From positions 1,631-65,630 of the forward strand of contig NZ_JASGEX010000092.1 in the NCBI RefSeq assembly GCF_047606085.1: a stretch of DNA of 64,000 nucleotides, given 5' to 3'. Shown piece by piece: positions 9,893-19,257 of this stretch. Origin of the DNA: Parafilimonas sp. (lineage in GTDB: Bacteria; Bacteroidota; Bacteroidia; Chitinophagales; Chitinophagaceae). The notes beneath the pieces are model-generated. The model was not told the DNA's origin. It worked only from the letters and a program-made list of their open reading frames with translations, and ran no database searches. Both the position numbers and the translations under genes were made by a program. The first letter of the stretch is position 1. Every line of letters begins with the position of its first letter.

Positions 9893-12514
9893 TTAGGCCG
9901 GCGCGTTTACATCATCACTATTCTTTTCATCATTATCCTCAGCCCCCTTATCAACATGCTCCTCTTTGCCGGTTGTTCCGGCGACGGATTCTTCACTGTG
10001 CTCTTCTGCTATATCATTTATTTCCGTCTCTTGCTCCTGTTCATCCAGTTTGGAAATAGCGGCTATTTCATCGCCTTCATCCAGCCGTATCAGTTTCACG
10101 CCCTGTGTGGCGCGGCCGGCCTCTTTAATATTGGCAACAGACGTTCTTAAAATAATGCCAGATTTACAAGTGATCAATAAGTCTTCCTTTTCCTGAACAT
10201 CAAGAATGCCCACAAGGCTGCCTGTTTTTTCTGTTATGTTGATGGTTTTTACGCCTTTTCCGCCTCTGTTGGTAATGCGGTATTCATCTACTTTTGTACG
10301 TTTTCCAAAACCTTTCTCACTCACCACAAGAACAGTTTTGCCGGTTTCGCTCCTCTCGACACAAATCATACCAATTACTTCATCGTTTGCATCCTCCACT
10401 TCAATTCCTCCCACGCCAATAGCGCCACGGCCGGTGGCCCTTACTTTTTCTTCGGGGAAACGAATGGCACGCCCGCTTTTTACTGCCATCATTATTTCAG
10501 AATTGCCATCAGTTAACCTGGCAGTAAGCAACTCGTCGCCTTCCAAAACAGTAATGGCATTTACACCGGTGGTTCTTGGCCTGCTGAAATCTTCCAGCAC
10601 TGTTTTTTTAATAACGCCTTTTTTGGTGCACAGCACGATGTTATGGCCCTGAACAAATTCTTTGTCATCAAGGTTTTTAACATTGATGATAGCCTTTACT
10701 TTATCGCCCGGTACCAACTGCACCATATTCTGAATAGCCCTGCCTTTGCCCTGCTTTTCTCCTTCAGGCACTTCATATACCTTAAGCCAGTAACATCTTC
10801 CCTGCTGGCTGAAGAACAACATGGTATCGTGCGTGGACGCTACAAACAAATGCTCTACATAGTCTTCTTCCCTCGTTTTGCTGCCTATGGCGCCGCGGCC
10901 GCCGCGGCGCTGCTGCCTGTATTCAGATGCACTGGTTCTTTTTATATAACCCAAATGGGAAATGGTTATTACCACATCTTCTTTTTCAATCAAATCTTCA
11001 ATGCGCATTTCATTGGCGAGGTATTGAATTTCCGTTTGCCTTGGCTTGCCGTATCTTTCTTTAACCTCAAGCAATTCTTTCTTTATAAGATCATAACGCA
11101 GTTCTTCGCTTGCCAGCAAGGTTTCCAGCGCAGCAATCTGCCTTTGCAATTCTTCATATTCCTCCTTAATCTTTTCACGCTCCATGCCCGTAAGACGCTG
11201 CAGCCTTAATTCGAGGATGGCCTTTGCCTGAACTTCATCCAGGCCCCAGCCTGCATGTATTAAATTGTCTTTTGCAATTTCAGGCGTGGAAGAATTTCTT
11301 ATTAAACGGATCACTTCATCCAGGTGATCGAGTGCAATTAAATAGCCGTTTAAAATATGCGCCCTTTCCCTGGCTTTGCGCAGTTCATAATTGGCGCGGC
11401 GTATCACCACCTCCATCCTGAAATCAATAAACTCGCTGATGAGTGCTTTTACATTTAAAGTCTTTGGCCTTCCCTTGCTTAAAGCAACATTATTAATGCC
11501 ATAGCTCGTTTGCAGTTCAGTAAACTTGTATAACTGGTTAATGATAACGGTGGCAACACCATCGCGTTTCAAATCAATAACAATACGGGTTCCTTCTTTC
11601 TTATTGCTTTCATTGTTTACATGCGCAATGCCTTCAATGGTTTTATCGTTCACCAACTGGCCGATGCGGTCGGTTAACGTATCGCGGTTTACCTGGTAAG
11701 GCACGGCTGTAATAATGATCTGTTCCCTGCCGCTTGCCTTTGTTTCCACATGGCATTTTCCGCGCAGCACTACCCTTCCGCGGCCGGTAAGCATGGCCTG
11801 CTGCACACCGTCCATTCCGTAAATAACGCCGCCCGTTGGAAAGTCCGGCGCCTTTACATATTTCATTAAATCTTCTGCTGAAATTTCTTTGTCATCAATA
11901 TGCGCAATACAGCCATCAATCACTTCAGATAAATTGTGCGGCATCATATTCGTGGCCATACCAACAGCGATACCGCTGGACCCGTTTACCAGCAACTGCG
12001 GGATGCGGGTGGGCAGCACAACCGGTTCTTCCAGCGAATCATCAAAGTTTAACTGGAAATCCACGGTTTCTTTTTCAATATCATCCAGCATGCTTTCGGC
12101 AAGGCGTTCCAGCCTTGCTTCTGTGTAACGCATGGCTGCCGGCGGGTCGCCATCGGGGCTGCCAAAGTTTCCCTGCTTATCCACAAGCGGGTGGTTCATG
12201 CTCCACTCCTGCCCCATTCTCACCAATGCATCATATACGGCGCCATCGCCATGCGGATGGTATTTACCCAGCACCTCCCCCACTATACGGGCGCATTTTT
12301 TATACGGGCGGTTATAGCTTAAACCCAGTTCATTCATAGCGTATAAAATGCGGCGATGCACCGGTTTAAAGCCATCCCGCACATCAGGCAGGGCACGGCC
12401 CACAATAACCGACATTGAATAATCAATGTAGGCCGTTTTCATTTGTTCCTCAATGTTTACCTGGATGACACGATCGTTATCTGCAGTTTCCTGCGGTAGT
12501 TGATTTTCTTCCAT
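9893..12514 (-). CDS. gyrA: DNA gyrase subunit A
   Basis: [15 protein letters not shown] catalytic Tyr, GyrA-box QRRGGRG, beta-pinwheel repeats, acidic tail. Confidence 0.97.
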   Translation of the reverse strand: MEENQLPQETADNDRVIQVNIEEQMKTAYIDYSMSVIVGRALPDVRDGFKPVHRRILYAMNELGLSYNRPYKKCARIVGEVLGKYHPHGDGAVYDALVRMGQEWSMNHPLVDKQGNFGSPDGDPPAAMRYTEARLERLAESMLDDIEKETVDFQLNFDDSLEEPVVLPTRIPQLLVNGSSGIAVGMATNMMPHNLSEVIDGCIAHIDDKEISAEDLMKYVKAPDFPTGGVIYGMDGVQQAMLTGRGRVVLRGKCHVETKASGREQIIITAVPYQVNRDTLTDRIGQLVNDKTIEGIAHVNNESNKKEGTRIVIDLKRDGVATVIINQLYKFTELQTSYGINNVALSKGRPKTLNVKALISEFIDFRMEVVIRRANYELRKARERAHILNGYLIALDHLDEVIRLIRNSSTPEIAKDNLIHAGWGLDEVQAKAILELRLQRLTGMEREKIKEEYEELQRQIAALETLLASEELRYDLIKKELLEVKERYGKPRQTEIQYLANEMRIEDLIEKEDVVITISHLGYIKRTSASEYRQQRRGGRGAIGSKTREEDYVEHLFVASTHDTMLFFSQQGRCYWLKVYEVPEGEKQGKGRAIQNMVQLVPGDKVKAIINVKNLDDKEFVQGHNIVLCTKKGVIKKTVLEDFSRPRTTGVNAITVLEGDELLTARLTDGNSEIMMAVKSGRAIRFPEEKVRATGRGAIGVGGIEVEDANDEVIGMICVERSETGKTVLVVSEKGFGKRTKVDEYRITNRGGKGVKTINITEKTGSLVGILDVQEKEDLLITCKSGIILRTSVANIKEAGRATQGVKLIRLDEGDEIAAISKLDEQEQETEINDIAEEHSEESVAGTTGKEEHVDKGAEDNDEKNSDDVNAPA

Positions 12515-12559
12515 TCGTTATTTACATGTAATATAAAATCGCTAAAAAAATAAAGCCCG

Positions 12560-12567
12560 CAAATTTA
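12560..12567 (-). promoter_or_regulatory. Bacteroidota -7 promoter element for gyrA (TAAATTTG)
   Basis: Matches TAnnTTTG consensus about 45 bp upstream of the start. Confidence 0.55.
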
Positions 12568-12630
12568 ATGATTTATATGCTGTTTAAGGGTTTAAATAAA
12601 GTATTTTTTGCACGTGTGAATGTTAATAAA

Positions 12631-12665
12631 CCTCATCCTCATTCCTTCTCCAGAAATGAAGGGGA
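12631..12665. repeat. Degenerate REP-like element CCTCATCCTCATTCCTTCTCC...GAAGGGGA
   Basis: Imperfect hairpin; inverted near-copy at 13631-13649. Confidence 0.45.
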
Positions 12666-12798
12666 TGCCCCTGTTTTAGTGTCATCATAAACTCGTGCAT
12701 GGGGTTGCGAATATTTTTAGGTGCGCTTAAATATTTATTATTACGCTACGCTTACAGGATTTTTTATTTGGTTTAGCAGCAATGTTTTTTTATGGCAG

Positions 12799-12812
12799 TC
12801 CGCCGCGGCGGA
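12799..12812. repeat. GC palindrome TCCGCCGCGGCGGA
   Basis: Perfect 14-bp palindrome in an AT-rich intergenic region. Confidence 0.55.
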
Positions 12813-12829
12813 TCTCAACACTTGTGCAA

Positions 12830-12868
12830 TATAGACCCCGAGGGTTTTTGAAACCCTCGGGGTCTATA
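12830..12868. repeat. REP-like hairpin, 18-bp perfect stem with TTG loop
   Basis: TATAGACCCCGAGGGTTT-TTG-AAACCCTCGGGGTCTATA; overlaps the stop of the DUF6624 gene. Confidence 0.8.
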
Positions 12869-13502
12869 GCTTAAGCACATTATAATCTATTCCAAAATAT
12901 TTTTTTGCATAATCTTCTAATGGCTCAAGCCCAACAGATGCCCTGCGTTTATTAACATTTGGTTCGTCTATAATCGGATAAAACTCATTTTTACCAGTTT
13001 GTTCATTTCTTCTAACCTGACTGCCATATATTTGAGGTTTGCCCTGATTGGTTAACACTCGGTCTTCAAGCAGCGCTAATTGCTGGGGCTTGGCTTTCCC
13101 TTCTTTTACTGCTTCTTGCATTTTAGGCAAATAAGTTACTTGCGTCAGTGAATCAGCATGCTGAACTACTAAAAAAATTGTTGATGCTCCCTTTTCACCA
13201 ACTACATCAGGTCCGGGCCAGCCATGCATATCAATAATATGTTTCACCCTCATTAAGTTCATTGAATCATGATAACCCATTATATTCATCAGAGAATCCA
13301 TTTGTTTTGATTGCCATCCAAATTGTTTCCGGATCGTATCTATATTTAACCTGTCGCCTTGATCTTCTTTGAATATCGTATCAAGCAAAGCAATCAAGGG
13401 TTTGCTAAGGTTGCTTGCTGCGTTCTTCTTATCTGACATTATCTGTCCAATGCAATAACCTGTCATTAATACACAACAAAGAATTAATACTATTTTTTTC
13501 AT
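12864..13502 (-). CDS. DUF6624 domain secreted protein
   Basis: HGWPG..VG..GA..IFLVVQHAD, LEDR....GKPQIYGSQ, VNKRRASVGLEPL motifs; MKKIVLILCC start. Confidence 0.8.
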   Translation of the reverse strand: MKKIVLILCCVLMTGYCIGQIMSDKKNAASNLSKPLIALLDTIFKEDQGDRLNIDTIRKQFGWQSKQMDSLMNIMGYHDSMNLMRVKHIIDMHGWPGPDVVGEKGASTIFLVVQHADSLTQVTYLPKMQEAVKEGKAKPQQLALLEDRVLTNQGKPQIYGSQVRRNEQTGKNEFYPIIDEPNVNKRRASVGLEPLEDYAKKYFGIDYNVLKL

Positions 13503-13613
13503 TATGTAAACAAGTGTTTGTAATACCGCATCTGCAACCGACAGGGATGACAACCTTTTGAAAGCAATCAGCTACCCGCATTCAAATTATATAAACATTT
13601 TCGAGGCAGGGCA

Positions 13614-13649
13614 TCCCTCCCGATGCATCGGGAGGGAACGAGGGTGAGG
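13614..13649. repeat. REP-like element with 24-bp perfect palindrome TCCCTCCCGATGCATCGGGAGGGA plus GAGGGTGAGG tail
   Basis: Read directly; lies just past the Dabb gene stop. Confidence 0.75.
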
Positions 13650-13653
13650 ACAA

Positions 13654-14055
13654 CTACACTTCCTGTATATCATATACCACCACCTTATTCCAAAGCCCGC
13701 TGTAGTTTTTAATAAACGCCTGGTGAATGGGATGATTTTGATAGTTTGCCTGGTCGGCGAGCGTATCAAAAAACATCAGTTCGGAAACGGCCCAGGATGC
13801 ATCTACCACATCCCGCTTTTCGGTATCAGCAACAATGCCTACCTGTAATTCTTTTATCAGGGGAATTTTTGATAAAGTTTTTACACCTTCCACCAGCTTA
13901 TCGCGGTCTTCAACAGAGCCGGCATTCTTAAGCCAGAAAAATACATGATGCGCTATTTGTTTACTTTTCATTTTGAGTGGTTTTGCGTTCAAAGCTAAGG
14001 CAGCGCCGCCTCCTGCTGATGTAAGTATAAATTTTCTGCGGGACGATTTTTTCAT
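13654..14055 (-). CDS. Dabb (stress-responsive A/B barrel) family protein, Tat signal
   Basis: SRRKFI Tat motif; HHVFFWLK and YQNHPIH motifs. Confidence 0.85.
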   Translation of the reverse strand: MKKSSRRKFILTSAGGGAALALNAKPLKMKSKQIAHHVFFWLKNAGSVEDRDKLVEGVKTLSKIPLIKELQVGIVADTEKRDVVDASWAVSELMFFDTLADQANYQNHPIHQAFIKNYSGLWNKVVVYDIQEV

Positions 14056-14334
14056 TGATAAGTATTTGAAGTGGGTGCTACACGTAAGTTTATAACCGAA
14101 TATAAATATGTAAAGGATAATTAATCAAGATTAATTTCTTTATATCACAAACATACAAATTGAACTATTGTTTATTATCACTGTACATCTGAGATTTTGC
14201 CTATTTCTAAAATCTTCGCATTTTCTGGCAAAATATTTTTGAAGGTCTTTCAAATTCAGTATGGACAAGGGTTTCAGAGAAAAAATAAGAAATTCAACTT
14301 TTGAATTTTTATCCTTTATGGTCTGGCTTGTCTG

Positions 14335-14724
14335 GTGTCATGTCAATTATAAATTTTCTGGTAAAATAGATTACTTTTATAGCTAAAAAGGCTATGAAGA
14401 AATATAAAATTACCCTTACAGAGGAAGAAAATAGAGGAGTTAAAAGGGATAATGCAAAAAGGTAAGCACAATGCGAAAGTTGTTAAGAATGCCCTGATCT
14501 TACTGAATGCAAATGAAGGAAAGTATGGGAAATCCAAGAAAGATGAAGACATAGCGGATTTTATAGAAGTAACAGTAAGTACAATAGAGAACATCCGTCG
14601 CAGGTTTGTAGAAGAAGGATATGAGGTTGCTTTGTACGGCAAACCAAAAGAGCGGGAATATATAAATAAAGTAGATGGGGATATTGAGGCATATCTGGTG
14701 GCACTGAGTTGCAGTAAGCCACCA
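14335..14724 (+). mobile_element. IS630-family transposase remnant (HTH part only, frameshifted, 3' truncated)
   Basis: ATG at 14394 MKKYKITLTEEE, extra A near 14428, then ..RRRFVEEG..LVALSCSKPP; stops abruptly before the DDE domain; the left end at 14335 is tentative. Confidence 0.75.
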
Positions 14725-15143
14725 TTGCATCAAGTGCTGCTGATCTAAAATCGAAAGCTGCAGGAATTGTTGCTGCTAAGTATGGAAGTGAAGAATTATT
14801 TGAAATCACTGGTATTGAATATTTTTCTGTTCAAAAAGGGCTTGCTGCAATTGTCATTTATAAAACTAAAAGCGGAGAAACAAACAACTTTGCAATGGTC
14901 AGGGGTGTAAAATCAAATATTAAATCGCTGTCCTTGGTAACCAGTACCAACAGAGGAAACTATGTAACTGCAAATGAAGTAAGTAATTCTGTGCCATCTG
15001 ATAGTGCAGTTACTATTAAAATTTCTTGCACACGCACTGGCAGTTGCGAGTGTAAAGTTGAAGGAACGATCAATTCTAATACTGGTGTTATAACTTGGCA
15101 ATGCAGTTGCGAAGATTGTGATGCTACAGTAACTTATAGTTGA
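14718..15143 (+). pseudogene. 5'-truncated Cys-rich protein (six Cys at C-terminus)
   Basis: The frame of the 14895 ORF stays open back to 14718 without a start codon and abuts the IS630 break point. Confidence 0.6.
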
Positions 15144-15173
15144 TCTTAAAATTTCCAATCATTACCTTTCGAT

Positions 15174-15830
15174 ATGCGCACATTTTTTTCCTTTTTTTTT
15201 ATTTTTTCTGGATTAACGTTTCATGTACTGGCACAAACAGATACCGCTTCCAAAAAAGCTATAACAATAAATGCAGCAAAAGCAATTTTCTTAAATGCAA
15301 ATAAAGACACCCTTACGTCTGATGAATACATGAGATTAGTAAATTCTGGTTTATATGCCATTAGTTATAAACAGTCAACTAATCAGCCAACTGTTTTTAT
15401 ATTGGATTCAACAGATCTGCTAAAATCAATTGGTAAAAAATTGCCAGAATTAAAATTCACTTTATTAAACGGAAAAAAGGCTTCTATAAAGAAAGGCCAC
15501 GCAACTATTATAAATTTTTGGAGCACAACCTGCAAACCTTGCATAGAGGAGCTTGATTCTTTAAACGTACTATCTAATAAACAACAAAATGTAGATTTTT
15601 TAGCAATAACCCCGGACTCTATTAGTACAGTTCATACATTTCTGCAAGGCAGACATTTTAATTATAAGATAGTTTTTCTCAGCAATCAGGATATTGAGAC
15701 CTTGCTTAAAGTGAGCGTGTACCCTACTCATTTTTTAGTTGATCCAAACTATGTTTTAGAAGATGTATATGTAGGAAAAGAACCAGCTACCTATAAAAAA
15801 ATCAGAAACTTTATCAAAAAATATAAATAG
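15174..15830 (+). CDS. TlpA/ResA-like thioredoxin-fold disulfide oxidoreductase, secreted
   Basis: Signal peptide, INFWSTTCKPC CxxC, YPTHF cis-Pro motif. Confidence 0.85.
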   Translation: MRTFFSFFFIFSGLTFHVLAQTDTASKKAITINAAKAIFLNANKDTLTSDEYMRLVNSGLYAISYKQSTNQPTVFILDSTDLLKSIGKKLPELKFTLLNGKKASIKKGHATIINFWSTTCKPCIEELDSLNVLSNKQQNVDFLAITPDSISTVHTFLQGRHFNYKIVFLSNQDIETLLKVSVYPTHFLVDPNYVLEDVYVGKEPATYKKIRNFIKKYK

Positions 15831-16019
15831 CCCAGATAAACAACTTTAGATAAGGCCTGAAGGTTTAATAACCATTATTACTGACTGGTGCCAATCCGGC
15901 CGGCCCGCGGCAGCGGCCTGACCGCAGAATGAAAGCGCATAAACTGCACATCTCCCAACCATCATCCATCACACCGGCTTTGCCGTGCTTTGCTGCATAT
16001 ATTTATGGGTTCTCTCGCT

Positions 16020-16027
16020 TACATTTG
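16020..16027 (+). promoter_or_regulatory. -7 promoter element TACATTTG
   Basis: TAnnTTTG consensus 20 bp before ATG 16047. Confidence 0.55.
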
Positions 16028-16046
16028 CTGCAATCAAGAAAGAAAA

Positions 16047-17687
16047 ATGAAAAAGTTTTTACTCCTCCTGTTATTATTCCCTGTTGCAACGGCAATGCAG
16101 GCCCAGTCGAAAAGAGCCAGGGCAAAGGCGGATAAAATCATTACCGCAAATATTGAGTCGCACATTAATTACCTGGCAAGCGACAAGCTTGAAGGCAGAA
16201 GGGCGGGCAGCCCGGGCGAAAACCTGGCCATGCAATACATCAGCAATATGTTTGAGAAATACAGGCTTTCGCCCAAAGGTGATAATGGTTTTATTCAGGC
16301 GTTCAATGTGAGCGAAGGCAATGCATACACCTCGCCCGATAATCATTTTTCTGTAAATAATGAAAAGCTTGAGCCCAAAACAGATTATTATCCTTTGTCT
16401 TTTTCAGCAAATACGGCTGCCAAAGGCAGCGTTTCGCCCATGCTGCGGGAGAAAGGCCAGATATGGTTCTGGAATGTATCGGATGTGCTGGAAGATAATA
16501 AAGGCAATCCACATTTTGATATGGCCGGTGCAGTAAAAGAAGAAGCGGAAAAGGATGCAAAGAAAGGCGCAACGGCTTTAATTGTGTATAACAGTTCCAA
16601 TTTAGCAGATAATGTGCTGTTTGATAAGTTTGATACCACAGCGACAGTGGATATACCGGTGATTTATGTAACGCAGCAGGGCCTTCAGAAATATTTTGCT
16701 GATGTTACGGGCTATTATGACCTTGACCTGAATGTGCACCTGCAGGCTGATAACCGCAAGGCGCATAACGTGGTGGGTTATATTGATTTTAATGCGCCCA
16801 CCACTGTGGTGATAGGCGCCCACTACGATCATTTAGGCTATGGGGAAGATGGCAACAGCCTTGATGGCGCCGGCCAGATACATAACGGCGCAGATGATAA
16901 TGCAAGCGGCACCGCCGCCATGATGGAACTGGCAAGAATTTTATATAACACCAAAGCAAGAAACAATAACTACCTGTTCATTGCTTTTTCCGGGGAAGAA
17001 TTAGGCCTGCTGGGGTCAAAATACTGGCTGCAGCACGCCTCAGCCGATATCAATATGAATTATATGATTAACCTGGATATGGTGGGAAGGTATTCGGCTG
17101 ATCGCAAGCTCACCATTGGCGGTTATGGCACTTCACCCACATGGGGAGAGGTTTTTCAAACCACAACCGATCCCAATCTTGAAATAAAATTCGACAGCAG
17201 TGGCAGCGGCCCAAGCGATCATGCGGCTTTTTATAACGATAGTGTGCCGGTGCTTTTCTTTTTTACCAACAGCCATGCCGATTACCACAAAGCCACAGAC
17301 GATGCTGATAAAATAAATTATAAAGATGAAACGGAAATAGTGGATTATATCGTAAACATCATTAATGCAGCCAACGATAAAGGCAAGCTTGCCTTTAGTA
17401 AAACAAAAGATGCGGAAATGCGCATGGTGAGCCTGCCTGTAACATTAGGCGTAATGCCGGATTATGGCTTTACCGGCGCCGGCATGCGCATTGACGGTGT
17501 AAGCAAGGGCAAAACGGCTGAAAAGATTGGCCTTAAACCCGGCGATGTTTTATTACAGTTGGGCGATTATAAATTTGTGGATGTGCAAACCTATATGCAG
17601 GCATTGCAGCATTTTAAAAAAGGCGATAAAACAACATTGATTATTTCAAGGGATGGAAAAGAAAGCAGCTTTGATGTGCAGTTTTAG
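16047..17687 (+). CDS. M28 family metallopeptidase with PA-like and C-terminal PDZ domains
   Basis: GAHYDH, GADDNASG, GEELGLLGS, NLDMVG, SDH, YH motifs; LGVMPD PDZ. Confidence 0.9.
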   Translation: MKKFLLLLLLFPVATAMQAQSKRARAKADKIITANIESHINYLASDKLEGRRAGSPGENLAMQYISNMFEKYRLSPKGDNGFIQAFNVSEGNAYTSPDNHFSVNNEKLEPKTDYYPLSFSANTAAKGSVSPMLREKGQIWFWNVSDVLEDNKGNPHFDMAGAVKEEAEKDAKKGATALIVYNSSNLADNVLFDKFDTTATVDIPVIYVTQQGLQKYFADVTGYYDLDLNVHLQADNRKAHNVVGYIDFNAPTTVVIGAHYDHLGYGEDGNSLDGAGQIHNGADDNASGTAAMMELARILYNTKARNNNYLFIAFSGEELGLLGSKYWLQHASADINMNYMINLDMVGRYSADRKLTIGGYGTSPTWGEVFQTTTDPNLEIKFDSSGSGPSDHAAFYNDSVPVLFFFTNSHADYHKATDDADKINYKDETEIVDYIVNIINAANDKGKLAFSKTKDAEMRMVSLPVTLGVMPDYGFTGAGMRIDGVSKGKTAEKIGLKPGDVLLQLGDYKFVDVQTYMQALQHFKKGDKTTLIISRDGKESSFDVQF

Positions 17688-17697
17688 GCTGGCGCCG

Positions 17698-18726
17698 TTA
17701 CTTTAAGGCATTCCAGCCCTGCGCCGTAATATCAAAAACATTTCCACCTTTGCTTATTAGTTTGCAGCCTTCGCTTTGATCAGCCATATAACCAACTATG
17801 CTGATATTATCGTTCAAAACAAGTTTATCATAATCATCCTGCTTCGCCGTAAAAATCAGTTCATAATCTTCACCGCCGTTAAGCGCACAAACGGTGGGAT
17901 CGAGCCCAAACTTAAAAGCAGCCAGGCGGGTTTCCTCGGCAATGGGCAACTTATCTTCATACAGCCTGCAGCCCAGGTTGCTTTGGTTACTTATATGTAA
18001 TATTTCGCTGCTTAAGCCATCGCTTATATCCATCATGGCAGTTGGCACCATGTTTTGTTCAGCGAAATATGCTGTTATATCCTTCCTTGCCTCAGGCTTT
18101 AAAAAACGGCCGACAATATAATTTTCCCCTTCCAGGTCGGGCTGCACCTGCGGGTTTTCGAGGTAAATGCCTTTTTCCCTTTCCAGTAATGTAAGGCCTA
18201 AGAATGCAGCGCCCAAATCGCCGCTTACACAAATCAAATCGCCTTTATTCGCGGTGCTTCTTTTTACAAATTTATCAGGCGCCATTTCCCCTATTGCCGT
18301 AACGGAAATAATAAATCCTTTTTGGGAGGAAGATGTATCGCCGCCAACCAGATCAACATTATATTTTTCGCAGGCCGCATAAATGCCTTCATAAAATTCA
18401 TTCAGGGCTTCGAGGCTGAAGCGGTTGCTTATGCCAATGCTTACGGTAATTTGCGTGGGCGTTGCATTCATGGCATACACATCGCTCAGGTTTACGATCA
18501 CGCTTTTATAACCCAGGTGTTTTAAAGGCGTGTACATTAAATCGAAATGCACGCCTTCAATTAACAGGTCGGTTGTAACAACGGTTTGCCTTCCGTAATG
18601 ATCAATTACGGCTGCATCATCGCCCACCCCAACAATAGTGGATGCATTATTTATTTCAAAGTTTTTTGTGAGGTGATTGATCAGGCCAAATTCTCCCAAC
18701 GTTGATATTTCTGTGCGGTTACTCAT
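17698..18726 (-). CDS. thiL: Thiamine-monophosphate kinase
   Basis: GEFGLI, GDDAAV, NLSDVYAMNA, GGDT, MDISDGL, GGEDYEL. Confidence 0.95.
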   Translation of the reverse strand: MSNRTEISTLGEFGLINHLTKNFEINNASTIVGVGDDAAVIDHYGRQTVVTTDLLIEGVHFDLMYTPLKHLGYKSVIVNLSDVYAMNATPTQITVSIGISNRFSLEALNEFYEGIYAACEKYNVDLVGGDTSSSQKGFIISVTAIGEMAPDKFVKRSTANKGDLICVSGDLGAAFLGLTLLEREKGIYLENPQVQPDLEGENYIVGRFLKPEARKDITAYFAEQNMVPTAMMDISDGLSSEILHISNQSNLGCRLYEDKLPIAEETRLAAFKFGLDPTVCALNGGEDYELIFTAKQDDYDKLVLNDNISIVGYMADQSEGCKLISKGGNVFDITAQGWNALK

Positions 18727-18730
18727 TGCT

Positions 18731-18756
18731 ATTTACGATTTACGATTTACGATTTT
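18731..18756. repeat. Heptamer tandem array (ATTTACG)x3 plus partial copy
   Basis: Three perfect copies, 4 bp upstream of the thiL ATG. Confidence 0.85.
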
Positions 18757-18785
18757 AGCCTCTGCTATTTTAATGGGTTAATTAT

Positions 18786-19145
18786 TTATTCTGATTTCCG
18801 GCTGCGCAAAGTTTTCAGGCTTGCAACAATAATGGCCAGCAGTTCATCACCTTCTTTATGCAAAAGATTTATTGATTCGCCAAACGAAGGATTTAATTCA
18901 ACTATCATTTCAAGAAAAAAAGTTGACTCATCCAATTCTTCTTCAACAATCTTAAATTTATTTATAAAATCTGCGTGTGATTTTGCCCGGCATGCAGCCC
19001 TGTAATTTGCTGCTGATGAAGATGCGGAACGATTACCCTGATCAGCATAATTTTTATTAACAATATTATACGGAAGGCGTAAAACAAGCTTTGCATAGTC
19101 CAAAGCATATTGCTTTAATCTGTGCATTAAAATTTCTTTCGTCAT
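18786..19145 (-). CDS. Four-helix-bundle protein (23S rRNA-IVP / TIGR02436 / Avd-like)
   Basis: DQGNRSASSSAANYRAACRAKSHADFINKFKIVEEELDESTFFLE signature. Confidence 0.9.
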   Translation of the reverse strand: MTKEILMHRLKQYALDYAKLVLRLPYNIVNKNYADQGNRSASSSAANYRAACRAKSHADFINKFKIVEEELDESTFFLEMIVELNPSFGESINLLHKEGDELLAIIVASLKTLRSRKSE

Positions 19146-19155
19146 TTTGCTAAAG

Positions 19156-19257
19156 ATTTAGAATTTACAATTTATGATTAAAATTTGTTTTGAATTATAC
19201 ACATATAAAGCAATCAAACATAAATAAATCGTAAATCCAAAATCGTACATCGTAAAT
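19156..19257. repeat. Two opposed heptamer arrays: ATTTAGA/ATTTACA/ATTTATG (19156-19183) and CGTAAAT/CCAAAAT/CGTACAT/CGTAAAT (19230-19257)
   Basis: The second array is the reverse complement of ATTTACG and begins at the suhB stop codon. Confidence 0.8.

Noticed and set aside
9956-12339. Long antisense and alternative-frame ORFs over gyrA (e.g. 10643-11209, 11836-12339) and similar ones over other genes
   Set aside because: Shadow ORFs expected from codon bias; no motifs or start context
14230-14334. Possible end of a second IS just left of the IS630 remnant
   Set aside because: No ORF, no partner inverted repeat and no target duplication could be shown; resemblance is from memory only
18786-19145. 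Diversity-generating retroelement suggested by the Avd-like protein
   Set aside because: No reverse transcriptase and no TR/VR pair with adenine-specific mismatches seen in the window
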